Shown piece by piece: positions 38,933 to 50,375 of a DNA stretch of 64,000 nt. How positions within the stretch are numbered: position 1 is the first letter of the stretch; each line of letters opens with the position of its first letter. The position numbers were made by a program, and so were the translations under genes. Below the pieces are notes generated by a model. The model searched no databases. It saw nothing but the letters and a program-made list of their open reading frames with translations, and had not been told where the DNA came from. Source of the stretch: Vicugna vicugna (Eukaryota); the NCBI GenBank assembly GCA_013265495.1, contig MU061542.1, forward strand, positions 216,972 to 280,971, written 5' to 3'.

Positions 38933-41400
38933 TTCTATTTCTTTTCTACTTGGTGAGCCTGGCCAGAGGTTTGTCAATTTTGTTATTCTTTCAGAACAAC
39001 AGCTCTTGGTTTGATTGATTTTTTTTCTATTTTTTTACCTCTATTTTATTTATTTCCTCCATGATCTTTATTATTTCTTTCCTTCTGGTGATTTTGGTTT
39101 TGTTTGCTCTACTTTTTCTAATTCTTTCAGGTGGTAAGTTAGGTTGTTATTTGAGATTTTTCTTATTTTTGAGGAAGGTTTGTATCTCTATGAATTTCCC
39201 TCTTAAGTTTGCTTTTGCTGCATCCCATAGATTCTGCGAGGCTGTGTTTCCATTGTAACTTGTCTCAAAGTATTTTTGAATTTCTTCTTTGATTTTATTA
39301 TTGGTCAATCATTTTTTTTAGTAGCATGTTGTTTAATCTCCATGCTGTCATTTTTTCACCTTTTTTTTTTTTTAATGTGGTTGAGTTCTAGTTTCATAGC
39401 ATTGTGGTCAGAAAAGATGCTTGAAATAATTTCTATCCTCTTATTGTTGAGGTTTCTTTTATGCTGAAGCACATGTCTATCCTAGAAAATGTTCCACATG
39501 CACTTGAAAAGAATGTATATTCTATTTTTGGGAGATGTGACGTTTTAAAAATATCAACCAAACCCAGTTGTTCTTTTGGGTCATTTAGTTTCTCTGTTGT
39601 CTTATTGATTTTCTGTCTGGAAGATCTGTCCAATGATGTTAAAGATGTGTTAAAGTCTCATAGTATGATTGTGTTCCCATCCATTTCTCCCTTTATATCT
39701 GTTAGTATTTGCTTTATGTATTTAGGTTCTTCTATATTGGGCACATATATGTTAATGAGTGTAATATTCTCATATTTTATTTGTCCTTTAATCATTATAT
39801 AGTGTCCTACTTTTTTATGATTTTTGTTTTAAAGTCTATTTTGTCTGAAATCAGGTTGCTACTTCTGATTTTGGGTCATTTCCATTTGCAAGAAATAACT
39901 TTTTCACTGTCAATATATGTGTGTCCTTTTCCCTAAAGTGATCTCTTGTATGGAGCATACTGTAGGTTCTTGCTTTATTATCTGCCACCCTATGCCTTTT
40001 GATTGGAGCATCAAGTTCATTGGTATTGACAGTAATTATTGATAGATGTGTGATTTTCCAGTTGATTTGGTATTTCCTCTTTGTTCCCTTCTTTGTGTGT
40101 GTGTGGTTTGATAAATTTCTTTTGTATTACTTTGGTTTCTTTTTGGTTTTTGTGACTCTTTTGCATGCTTTTGACTTGTGGTTATTCTGATTTTTAAATA
40201 TATTAACCCATTAATATATCTGTTTCCATCAAATTGGTAGTCATATAGGCTCAATTCAAAAACAATAATGAAAACAGAAGAGAAATCTATATTTTCTTTC
40301 TCCCATCTCTGACCTTTAATGATTTTGATGTCTCTTTTACATATCATGTTTATTCTGTTGTAATTCATTGTAGTTATCCCTTTCCCAATTATGACTTTCT
40401 CTTTTCTATAGCATCCTGCTTCTTTTCTGTTAAGAGCAGAACTTTCAATATTTCTTGTAGCATACGTTTAGTATTGCTGAATTCTTTTTGGTTTTGCTTT
40501 ACTGTGAAATTCTGTATCAATCCTTCTATTCCAAAGGATAGCCTTGCTTGATAATGTAGCCTAGGTTGCAGCTATTCCTAATTCAGAACTTTGAATATGT
40601 CTTTCCACTCTCTTTTGGCCTGCAGTGTTTGTGTAGGGAAATCAGCTGAAAGCCTTATGGGGCTCCCTTGTAACTAACTCATTGCTTTTTTTCTTGCTAC
40701 CTTTAGAATCATTTCTTTATCTTAAACCTTGACATCTTGATTACAATATATTGGTATGGGTCTGCTTGGGTTCTTCTCGTTTGGGACCCTCTGTGCGTCC
40801 TGTATTTGTATATCTGATTCCTTCTTAAGGTTTGGAAAGTTTTCAGTCATGCTGTTTTCAACTACCTTTTCAATTCCCTTTGCTCTTTCTTCTCCTTCTG
40901 GGAACCCTATTATGCATATGTTAGTGTGCATTATATTTTCAAATATGTCCCTTACATTGCTTTCATTGGTCTTTATTTGATTTTCCCTCTGCTGTTCTGA
41001 TTATTTGATTCTCTTATTCTGTCTTCTAAGTCATTATTCATTTTTTGCATTTTCTGGTCTGCTTTTGACAGCCTTTAAATTGGCTCTTATCTTGATCATT
41101 GAGTGTTCTGTTTTTAATTGTCTCCTTTTTATAGTTTCAATTTCCTTTTTAAAGTACTCCATCTGTATTCATAATCTGTTTTGTTGCTTCAGTACTTTGA
41201 CCACTTCCTTTTTGAAATCAAGATCTATTAGACTATGGAGGTCTGGTTCATTGACAATTCTGTCAGGGGATTTCTCTTGTTCTTTTAATTGTTAGTGGTT
41301 CCTCTGCTTATTCACTTTACTTATATCCCTCTGGCACTATGGATTATGGAGCATCAGTTATCTACAGTAGTCTTGAAGGGATTTTTTTTTTTTAAAGAGG

Positions 41401-41720
41401 ATGCAGAAATAAAGCTAAAAATGAAACAGAACAAACAACACCAAATTTTTTTTAATTTAAAAAAATTTAAAAATATAAAAAGAAGAAACAAATTTAAACA
41501 CAAAATAAATCAATAAATACAAACAAAAATTGAAATAAACAAATATTATATTTTAATTAAAATTTTAAAAATAAAAAATAAAAACCAGTCAAATATATAC
41601 AATATCAAAAATAAAAATAAAATACAATTTAAACAATTTAAAATATAAAAATAAGAAGAAAATAAAATTTTAAATAAAGATTAAAAATAATAGAAAATAA
41701 GAAAATTCAAAATTAAACTT
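41401..41720. repeat. A-rich low-complexity tract
   Basis: About 320 bp, almost entirely A/T and strongly A-biased on the + strand. Confidence 0.9.
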
Positions 41721-42900
41721 GGGGAGACGGAGAAGATGGCGGAGTAGAAAGGATGCTCCTAAGTCACCCTCTCCCACAAATAAACCAAGACCCACATCTA
41801 CAGACCCACTCAGCCAAACAGAGTACCTGTGGAACTCCGACAGAACATCGGCCTCTTCAAAAGTTAAAGACGCCAAAAATCTGGTAGGAGAAAAGGAAAA
41901 AAGAAAGATCAAAAGGCAAAGCTGCATGGGACGGGTCCCGCGGGGAGGGAGCAGCAAAGGAAGACTGGCGCTCACTCGCTGGGTCTCCCCTCTCCAACTG
42001 AGAGACCAGCGGGATGGAGGGGGAGCATCTGAGGCTCGGATCTGTACAGAGTAGCCCTTGTCTGACAGAACAAAGTTAAACGGGCACAAAGCGTCCCCCC
42101 CGACACCCAGCCTGAGACGCCGGCCGGCAGCGGCTGGCAGGGCCAGGCTGCACACGCTGGGCAGAGGACGGGGGCGGCTGCACAGAGGCAGCCCTGGGGG
42201 ACTACAAGGGGCTGCGCGCCATGGATGTGGGTGCACAGGGCAGAACAACCTGGGCCGTCCATAAAACAGCAAGGTTCATGTGCTCTCGGGGGAAGGGTGC
42301 ATACCCCCTTCTCTAAAAACCCGCGGAAACTTTTCGGGGGAAGAGAGGCGGGGCTCAGGCATAGCCGCCATATCCTCTGGCTCTTAGCACCCAGGCAGGG
42401 GCGGGGGTGAAACCTGCATCCGCACCGAAGGGCTTAGCAGCCTCAAAAGCCAGACTGAGACTGGCCTACAGCCCGGGGCAGATAGGATCCTTCCATCCTG
42501 GTCCCTCAGAGAACTTGCTCCACAAAGACAAACAAGGAGCTGGGTTTTGTCTCAGAGCAGGGCCAAGGCTGTCCCTCGGTCTTACCGGAGCTCAAATGCG
42601 GAGCGCTGACCAGGACAGAGCGCGCAGCCGCACAGAGCAGCAGAGCTACCGGCAGAGCAGGTAGAGGGAGAGAGGCCCCCCGCTTTTTGGGCAGGAACAC
42701 AGCCCCTGACAGAGGTGCTGAGAGGGGGCATGACCCGCCCTCCTGCCTGGCCAGTCTGCAACATCTGACTGTGGCATCTGGAGGGACAGTGACCTGCCCG
42801 CCCACAGCAGAGGAGAGCTGCACCTGACCCCGTCTTAGGAGGAGGAGCGATCTGCTTCCCGACAGGTGCTGGGAGCAGCACAGAAGAGGGCGCCAACAGA
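41721..42900 (+). promoter_or_regulatory. CpG-rich internal Pol II promoter of element E, with a YY1-type motif AAGATGGC at 41733-41740
   Basis: This is the only CpG-dense stretch in the window. A YY1 site near +13 is an established feature of mammalian L1 promoters. Confidence 0.75.
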
Positions 42901-43391
42901 GGGCCTATGAAAATGACAAGCTGAGATTCCAAAACAGGACAAAGACAGAAAGACTTCACATTAAAGCACATAGACTCTAGGAGAACAGCAACAAACCCCC
43001 CCTTTTTTTTTAAATCTGTTTTTACCTGTTCTATTTTCTATTACTCTCTTAATTTTTACTTCTTAATTCATTTCTATTTATACTGGGTTTCGATGTCCTG
43101 TTATTGATTAGACAAAGGTTTCAAATACATCTATACATCTCCCCCTGTCTTTTTTTTTTAAAGGTATTAAAAGGACGTCTCAACCCGATTAATACTCTGC
43201 TTCAACTCGTTCTTCTATTATTCATTATACACTGTTTTCAAACTCTCTTTCTCCCTTCTTTTAAAATTCTTTCTCTCTCTATTTTTTTCTTTTTTTTCTA
43301 AGTTCTATTCCTAAATAGGCATTAGATAGATAAAATCCTTAAGATCCAAAATAGGCAAATGATACTCCATAAATCACAGTGCCAGAGAGGC

Positions 43392-44293
43392 ATGAGCAAG
43401 ATGAAGAAGCAGAGAAACCTTTCCCAATAAAAAGAACAAGAGAAATCCCCTGAAAGATGAATGAAATAGACATCAATAGCATACTAGATCAAGATTTCAA
43501 AAAAGGAGTGATCAAATTGCTGAAGGAACTAAAAGAGATAGTATTTACAGTTATAAAATATGTCAAAAATGAAATTGAAGCTATAAAGAAGAGCACATAG
43601 AATGGGTAAACTGATTGGCTGAGATGAGGAATGATCTAATAGCTGTGCAAAGCTGACTAGACAATGCAGAGGAACGAATTAGTGATCTAGAAGACAGGGC
43701 AATAGAAAGTACACATTCAGAAAACTACAAGATAAGCAAATAAAAAATAATGAATATAGCATGAGGGACTTATGGGATAATATAAAGCATCCCAAATTTT
43801 GCATAACAGGAGTCCCAGAAGGGGAAGAAGGATCAAAGGGGGTTGAAAAGTTTTTTGAAGAAATCATGACTGAAAACTTTCCAAACTTAAAGAAGGAATC
43901 AGATATCCAAGTACAGGAAGCTCAGAGTGTCCCAAACAGGAAGAACCCAAATAGACCCACACCAAGACATATCATAATCAAGATGGCCAGAGCCAAGGAT
44001 AAAGAAATTATTCTAAAGTCAGCAAGAAAAAAGCAAAGAAGTAAGTTACAAGGGAACCCCCATAAGGATCTCAGCTGATTTCTCTACAGAAACACTACAG
44101 GCCAGAAGGGAGTGGCAAGATATATTCAATGTCCTGAATGAAAAAAAAGATGCAGCCTGGATTACTCTATCCAGCAAGGCTATCTTTTAGAATAGAAGGA
44201 GAGACAAAAAAATTTCACAGACAAGCAAAAACTAAAAGAGTTTAGCAACACTAAACCCATGCTAAAAGAAATATTGACAGGTCTACTCTAAAT
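43392..44293 (+). pseudogene. L1 ORF1p of element E (premature stops and frameshifts)
   Basis: Starts ATGAGCAAGATGAAGAAGCAGAGAAAC. ORF 43761-44078 reads RDLWDNIKHPKFCITGVPEGEE...NRPTPRHIIIKM. Confidence 0.92.
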
Positions 44294-45897
44294 AGAAAAG
44301 AAGCAGGATGCTACAAAAATGAGAATCTTATAACTGGAAAGGTGATAACTATAACAGAAATGAGCATAACTGGAAAGGTGATAACTCATGAATTACAAAT
44401 AAAGAAAACACGAAATTATAAAAGAAGACATACAAATCACTGAGTGTGGGAGAGGGAGGCAGGGAAATATAGAATACTGTTTTCTTTCTTTTTAAAAAGT
44501 TTTTAACAGTAGGATGGGTTTGAGAACATGTTACTGTCAGTTTAATAAAAACAGTTATAGTAATGGGTTGATAGATTTACAAAAAAGGGTAACCATAAGT
44601 CAAAAATTTACAAGGGAATCACAAAAATTAAATAAAATCCATGATAATACAAAGGAAAATTACCAAACCACAAAAGGAAGTGGAAAGGAACAAAGAGGAT
44701 ATAACAAATCAACTGCAAAGATAAGTTCAAAATGGCAATAAACACACATCTATCATTAATTACTGTATATGTTAATGGACTAAATGCTCCAATCAAAAGG
44801 CATAGAGTGGCAGACTGGATAATAAAGCAAGAACCTTCAATATGCTGCATACAAGAGACCCACTTTAGGGAGAAGGACACATATAAATTGAGAGTGAAAG
44901 GATGGAAAAGGATATTCCATGCAAATGGAAAAGCCAAAAAAGCAGGTGTTGCAGTACTGATTTCAGACAAAATAGACTTTAAAACAAAGGCCATAAAGAA
45001 AGATAAAGAAGGGCATTTTATAATGATTAAAGGTGTGATACAAGATGAAGATATTACACTTGCTAATATGTATGCTCCCAATATAGGAGCACCTAAGTAC
45101 ATACAAGAATTACTAACAGAGATAAAGGGGGATATTGATGGGAATTCAATCATAGTTGGAGATTGTAACACTGCATTAACATCACTAGACAGATCTTCCA
45201 GACAGAAAATAAACAAGGCAACAGAGAAATTAAATACTACAATAGTAAAAATAGATTTGGTGGATATTTTCAGAGCATTACACCCCCAAAAATAGGATAT
45301 ACATTCTTTTCAAGTGTACGTGGAACATTTTCCAGGATCGATCATGTACTTGGGCACAAAAGAAACCTCAACAATTTTAAGAAGATAGAAATTATCTCAA
45401 GCATCTTCACTGAAAACAATGCCATGAAACTGGAAATCAAAAACAGAGAAACAAAGGAGAAAAAAGAGGAAAGCATGGAGATTAAACAATATGTTATTGA
45501 AAAAAAAATTGATCAATGAGGAAATCAAAGCTGAAATTAAAAAATACCTTGAGACAAATGACAATGAAAGCACAATCACTCAAAACCTATAGGACTAAGC
45601 AAAGGCAGTACTAAGAGGGAAGTTTATAGCGATACAGGCCTTCCTCATACAAGAAGAAATATCTCAAATAAAAAAGTTAACCCACCACCTGAATCAATTA
45701 GAAAAAGAAGAACAAAAAGCCCCAAAAAGCAGCAGAAGGAAGGAAATAATAAAGATCAGAGAGAAATTAAATACAATAGAGATTAACAAGACCATAGAAA
45801 AAATCAACCAAACCAAAAGCTGGTTTTTTGAAAAAGTAAATAAAATCGAACAACCTCTGGCCAAACTCACAAAGAAGAAAAAAGAGAGAGCACAAAT

Positions 45898-46037
45898 NNN
45901 NNNNNNNNNNNNNNNNNNNNNNNNNNNNNNNNNNNNNNNNNNNNNNNNNNNNNNNNNNNNNNNNNNNNNNNNNNNNNNNNNNNNNNNNNNNNNNNNNNNN
46001 NNNNNNNNNNNNNNNNNNNNNNNNNNNNNNNNNNNNN
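45898..46037. other. Assembly gap (N run)
   Basis: Seen directly. Confidence 1.
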
Positions 46038-47823
46038 AGGAGATGGTTTCTGGAAACATACTGTCCACCAAAACTGCATCAAGAAGAAACTGAACACTTG
46101 AACAATCCGATCACTAGAAAGGAAATAGAAATAGCAATTAAAAATCTCCCTAAAAAAAAAAATCTCCCTACAAATAAAAGTCCAGGACCGGATGCCTTCA
46201 CCAGGGAGTTCTACCAATCATACAAAGAAGAACTCATACCAGTCCTTCTCAAACTCTTCCAGATGATTGAAAAGGAGGGAATACTCCCAAACTCATTCTA
46301 TGAAGCCACCATCACCCTGATATCAAAACCAGGCAAAGACACTACAAGAAAAGAGAATTATAGGCCAATATCACTGATGAATATAGACGCCAAAATCCTC
46401 ACCATAATTTTAGCAAATAAAAACCAACAACGCATAAAAAAATTATACATCATCACCAAGTGGGGTTCATCCCAGAGACACAAGGCTGGTTCAACATATG
46501 CAAATCAATCAATGTAATACATCACATCAACAAGAGAAAGGACAAAAGCCACATGATCATCTCAATCGATGCAGCAAAAGCATTTGATATAATTCAACTC
46601 CAATTTATGATAAAAACTCTTGCCAAAGTGGGTATAGAGGGAACATATCTCAACATAATAAAAGCTATATATGACAAACCTACAGCCAGCATAGTTCTTA
46701 AAGGTGAAAAACTGAAAAGCTTCCCACTAAAATCTGGGACAAGACAAGGATGCCCACTATCACCACTCCTATTCAACATAGTCATGGAAGTCCTTGCCAC
46801 AGCAGTCAGGCAAGAGAAAGAAGTCAAAGGGATCCAAATTGGAAAAGAAGAGGTAAAATTGTCATTATATGCTGATGACATGTTACTATATATAGAAAAC
46901 CCTAAAAGGTCCATACAAAAGCTACTAGAGGTAATTGAAGAATTCAGCAAGTTAGTAGGTTACAAAATTAAGATTCAAAAATCAGTTGCATTTCTTTACA
47001 CTAACGATAAATCAACAGAAAAAGAAAGTAAAGAAACAATCCCCTTTAAAATAGCACCCAAAGTAATAAAATATCTGGGAGTAAATCTAAACAAGGAGGT
47101 GAAAGAATTATACACAGAAACTATAAACCATTGATGAAGGAAATTAAAGAAGACTTTAAAAAATGGAATGATATTCCATGCTCTTGGATTGAAAGAATCA
47201 ATATTGTTAAAATGGTCACACTGCCCAAGGCAATCTACAGATTTCATGCAATCCCTATCCAATTACTCAGGACAATATTTCACATGGACAAATCATAATA
47301 AAATTTATATGGAACCATCAAAGACCTAGAATTGCCAAAGCATTACTGAAGAGAAAGAAAGAGGCTGGAGGACTAACTCTTCCAGCTTTCAGACAATACT
47401 ATAGATCTACAGTCATCAAGACAGCATGGTATTGGTACCAAAACAGACATATAGACCAATGAAACAGAATAGAGAGCCCAGAAATGAACCCACAAACTTT
47501 TGGTCAACTCATCTTTGACAAAGGAGGCAAGAATATACAATGGAATCAAGACAGTCTCTTCAGCAAATGGTGTTGGTAAAATTGGACAGCAGCATGTAAA
47601 ACAGTGAAGCTACAGCACTCCCTTACACCATATACAAAAATCAACTCAAGATGGATTAAAGACTTAAACATAAAACAAGATACAATAAACCTCCTAGAGG
47701 AAAACATAGGCAAAACATTATCTGACATACATTTCAAAAATTCTCTCCTAGAAGAAATAAAAGCAAGAATAAACAAATAGGACCTAATGAAACTTACAAG
47801 CTTCTGCACAGCAAAGGAAACCA

Positions 47824-48448
47824 NNNNNNNNNNNNNNNNNNNNNNNNNNNNNNNNNNNNNNNNNNNNNNNNNNNNNNNNNNNNNNNNNNNNNNNNNNNNN
47901 NNNNNNNNNNNNNNNNNNNNNNNNNNNNNNNNNNNNNNNNNNNNNNNNNNNNNNNNNNNNNNNNNNNNNNNNNNNNNNNNNNNNNNNNNNNNNNNNNNNN
48001 NNNNNNNNNNNNNNNNNNNNNNNNNNNNNNNNNNNNNNNNNNNNNNNNNNNNNNNNNNNNNNNNNNNNNNNNNNNNNNNNNNNNNNNNNNNNNNNNNNNN
48101 NNNNNNNNNNNNNNNNNNNNNNNNNNNNNNNNNNNNNNNNNNNNNNNNNNNNNNNNNNNNNNNNNNNNNNNNNNNNNNNNNNNNNNNNNNNNNNNNNNNN
48201 NNNNNNNNNNNNNNNNNNNNNNNNNNNNNNNNNNNNNNNNNNNNNNNNNNNNNNNNNNNNNNNNNNNNNNNNNNNNNNNNNNNNNNNNNNNNNNNNNNNN
48301 NNNNNNNNNNNNNNNNNNNNNNNNNNNNNNNNNNNNNNNNNNNNNNNNNNNNNNNNNNNNNNNNNNNNNNNNNNNNNNNNNNNNNNNNNNNNNNNNNNNN
48401 NNNNNNNNNNNNNNNNNNNNNNNNNNNNNNNNNNNNNNNNNNNNNNNN
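47824..48448. other. Assembly gap (N run)
   Basis: Seen directly. Confidence 1.
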
Positions 48449-50375
48449 GAATACTACTCAGCCATAAAAACCGACAACATAATGCCATTTGCAGCAACAT
48501 GGATGCTCCTGGAGAATGTCATTCTAAGTGAAGTAAGCCAGAAAGAGAAAGAAAAATACCATATGAGATCGCTCATATGTGGAATCTAAAAAAAAAAAAA
48601 ACTAAAACCAACAACAAACAGAAACAAAGCGTAAATACAGGACAGAAATAGACTCACAGACAGAGAATACAGACTTGTGGTTACCAGGGGGGTGGAGGGT
48701 GAGAAGGGATAGACTGGGATTTCAAAATTGTAGAATAGATAAACAAGATTACACTGTATAGCACAGGGAAATACACAAAAAGTGTTATGATAACTCACAG
48801 AAAAAAAATGTGATAATGAGTGTGTATATTTCCATGAATGACTGAAAAACTGTGAACACTGGAATTTGACACAACATTGTAAAATGATTATAAATCAATA
48901 AAAAATTTAAAAAAATAAAAAGTTAAAATTAAACTTAAAACATTGAAAAAAAGGGATAATATGTTCCTGTGTAGACTGTGCAGTCTAAATAATTTTCTCT
49001 CAAATTCTATTTTAAGTATGGATGGTTGCTAAATTTTCCATCCTAGTCTTTTGTTTGTTATCCTTTTAATTGTGGTTGTGGCTGGTTTTTTTAGTGTTTA
49101 GAGCCTGCCCTCGTTATTGATCTGGGTCTCCTTTTTGTTATCTTGTTGTCACAGTCCTGACAGGGGCTTTTGTTGGAATGAAGTCTTCCTGACCACTTTC
49201 TGAAGTTGGGTATGTAGTAGGTGAGTTTGGAGTTGTTTACATACAGTTTGTTCACCTTGCCCTTGTCCCTGCTTTAGCTACAGGAATGTTAGTGTGCTGT
49301 TCTGGTGCTCTCAGAGCTACCAATACCCTTACACTGATTTCTGGATTGTACACCTGGATTTTGGTGCACTATTGGATTTGAAACGTCTCCTGTGCAAAAT
49401 GCTCCTTCTGTCCTTTCCCTGCTGTGGGAACAGATACACTTGCTCATTCCAGAGTCTCCTGGGTCATGCCCATTATCAGTGCTCCTCCCAGTGTCCTGTC
49501 CCTGGGTGGTAAGTGGGCTTACAGAAAATGGCAGCACCAGCCTTTGCCCCTACTCTGCCAGAACTCCTTACTCATTTGTCTTAGAATCATGAGTCCACAA
49601 AGACACCTGTAGAGCAGAAAGTTCCCTTCTGCCTGGAGTTCCAAACATATATCTGTCCTGCGTATGAAGTTGCAGAGCCCCTGAGTACAGTTTCAGGTTT
49701 CAACCCTGCCTCCACCTGGGAGTTGTGCACCAGAGAATATGGTAGCTTTGGCCAAGCCCCTCCTCTCTTCTGTAGAAAGTGAGCCATCAATGGTACCACA
49801 GGCCTGCTGAGACTAAGGGTGCCCCTTCCCCAGTGCACACTAGCAGTGTTGCTTTGCTTTTATTTATTTATTTTTAAAATGTTATTGGCAACCCAGAATG
49901 TTTTGCTCTGCATACTCTCCCAGCCACAATGCACAGCATTCTCCAGTCCCCTGAGGTTGCCTCTGTATAGTTGGCCCCAGTTCTCTGCCCAGCTTGGGCA
50001 GCCTGTCCAGTACCACCCCCTCTTGTTCTCATCTAGAGCTCAGGGTCACAGGGAATCTTTGTGCCCATTTCACTTAGTTCTGTTGGTCAAGGTTTGTTCT
50101 GTCCAGATCTGAGCCTTGAAAGTTCTCCCTCCATCTCCGCTGACCTTTCATTGGAGAAGGGGAGGACCAGCATATGAATGCTATTCCTCCTTTGCCACTT
50201 CCTCCTCATGGATTTGTCCTGCACTGAATTCCTTTTTTTTCCTTTTTTTTTTCCTCCTACCAGATTTGTGACAAATGTTGTCTTTTGAGGAAGGTGATTT
50301 CTGTCAAAGTTCAGCAAGTGTTCTGGGTGAATGGGTGGGTCCTTGTATGTCTACTCTGCCATCTTGGCCACTCTT

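Larger units (their letters stand above)
44732..48589 (+). pseudogene. L1 ORF2p (endonuclease/reverse transcriptase) of element E, frameshifted
   Basis: Endonuclease domain MAINTHLSLITVYVNGLNAPIKRHRVADWI...CIQETH...GDCNT (44732-45295). RT domain in ORFs 46098-46517 and 46460-47134, with YADD at 46868-46879. Confidence 0.95.
41721..48917 (+). mobile_element. Youngest full-length L1 in the window (element E); ORFs disrupted; two N-gaps
   Basis: 5' end GGGGAGACGGAGAAGATGGCGGAGTAG, CpG-rich 5'UTR, ORF1, ORF2, 3'UTR, and AATAAA merging into an A tail. TSD: aaaattcaaaattaaactt (41702-41720) and aaaagttaaaattaaactt (48918-48936), with the last 12 bp identical. Confidence 0.96.
35880..50375 (-). mobile_element. 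Full-length inactivated L1 (element D), interrupted in its 5'UTR by element E (41721-48917)
   Basis: T-tail at about 35880. RT motifs in ORF 37828-38217 ([14 protein letters not shown]...[11 protein letters not shown]). Endonuclease in ORF 39433-39633. ORF1 in ORF 40722-40931 (IIGFPEGEE...ENFPNLKKE). The 5'UTR resumes after 48936 and ends ctactctgccatcttggccactct (reverse complement AGAGTGGCCAAGATGGCAGAGTAG). Confidence 0.92.

Noticed and set aside
27411..41516. Many hydrophobic F/L/I-rich plus-strand ORFs resembling membrane peptides
   Set aside because: They are antisense translations of A-rich L1 sequence.
41670..42272. 200-aa minus-strand ORF and other overlapping ORFs in the GC-rich region
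   Set aside because: It has a TTG start and runs out of the element. Long chance ORFs are expected in a GC-rich L1 UTR.
41721..42900. CpG island as a host-gene promoter
   Set aside because: It begins exactly at the L1 5' end, just after the TSD, so it is the element's own UTR.
47784..48500. Long ORFs spanning N runs (also 45694-46217 and 59310-59691)
   Set aside because: Artefacts of translating assembly gaps.
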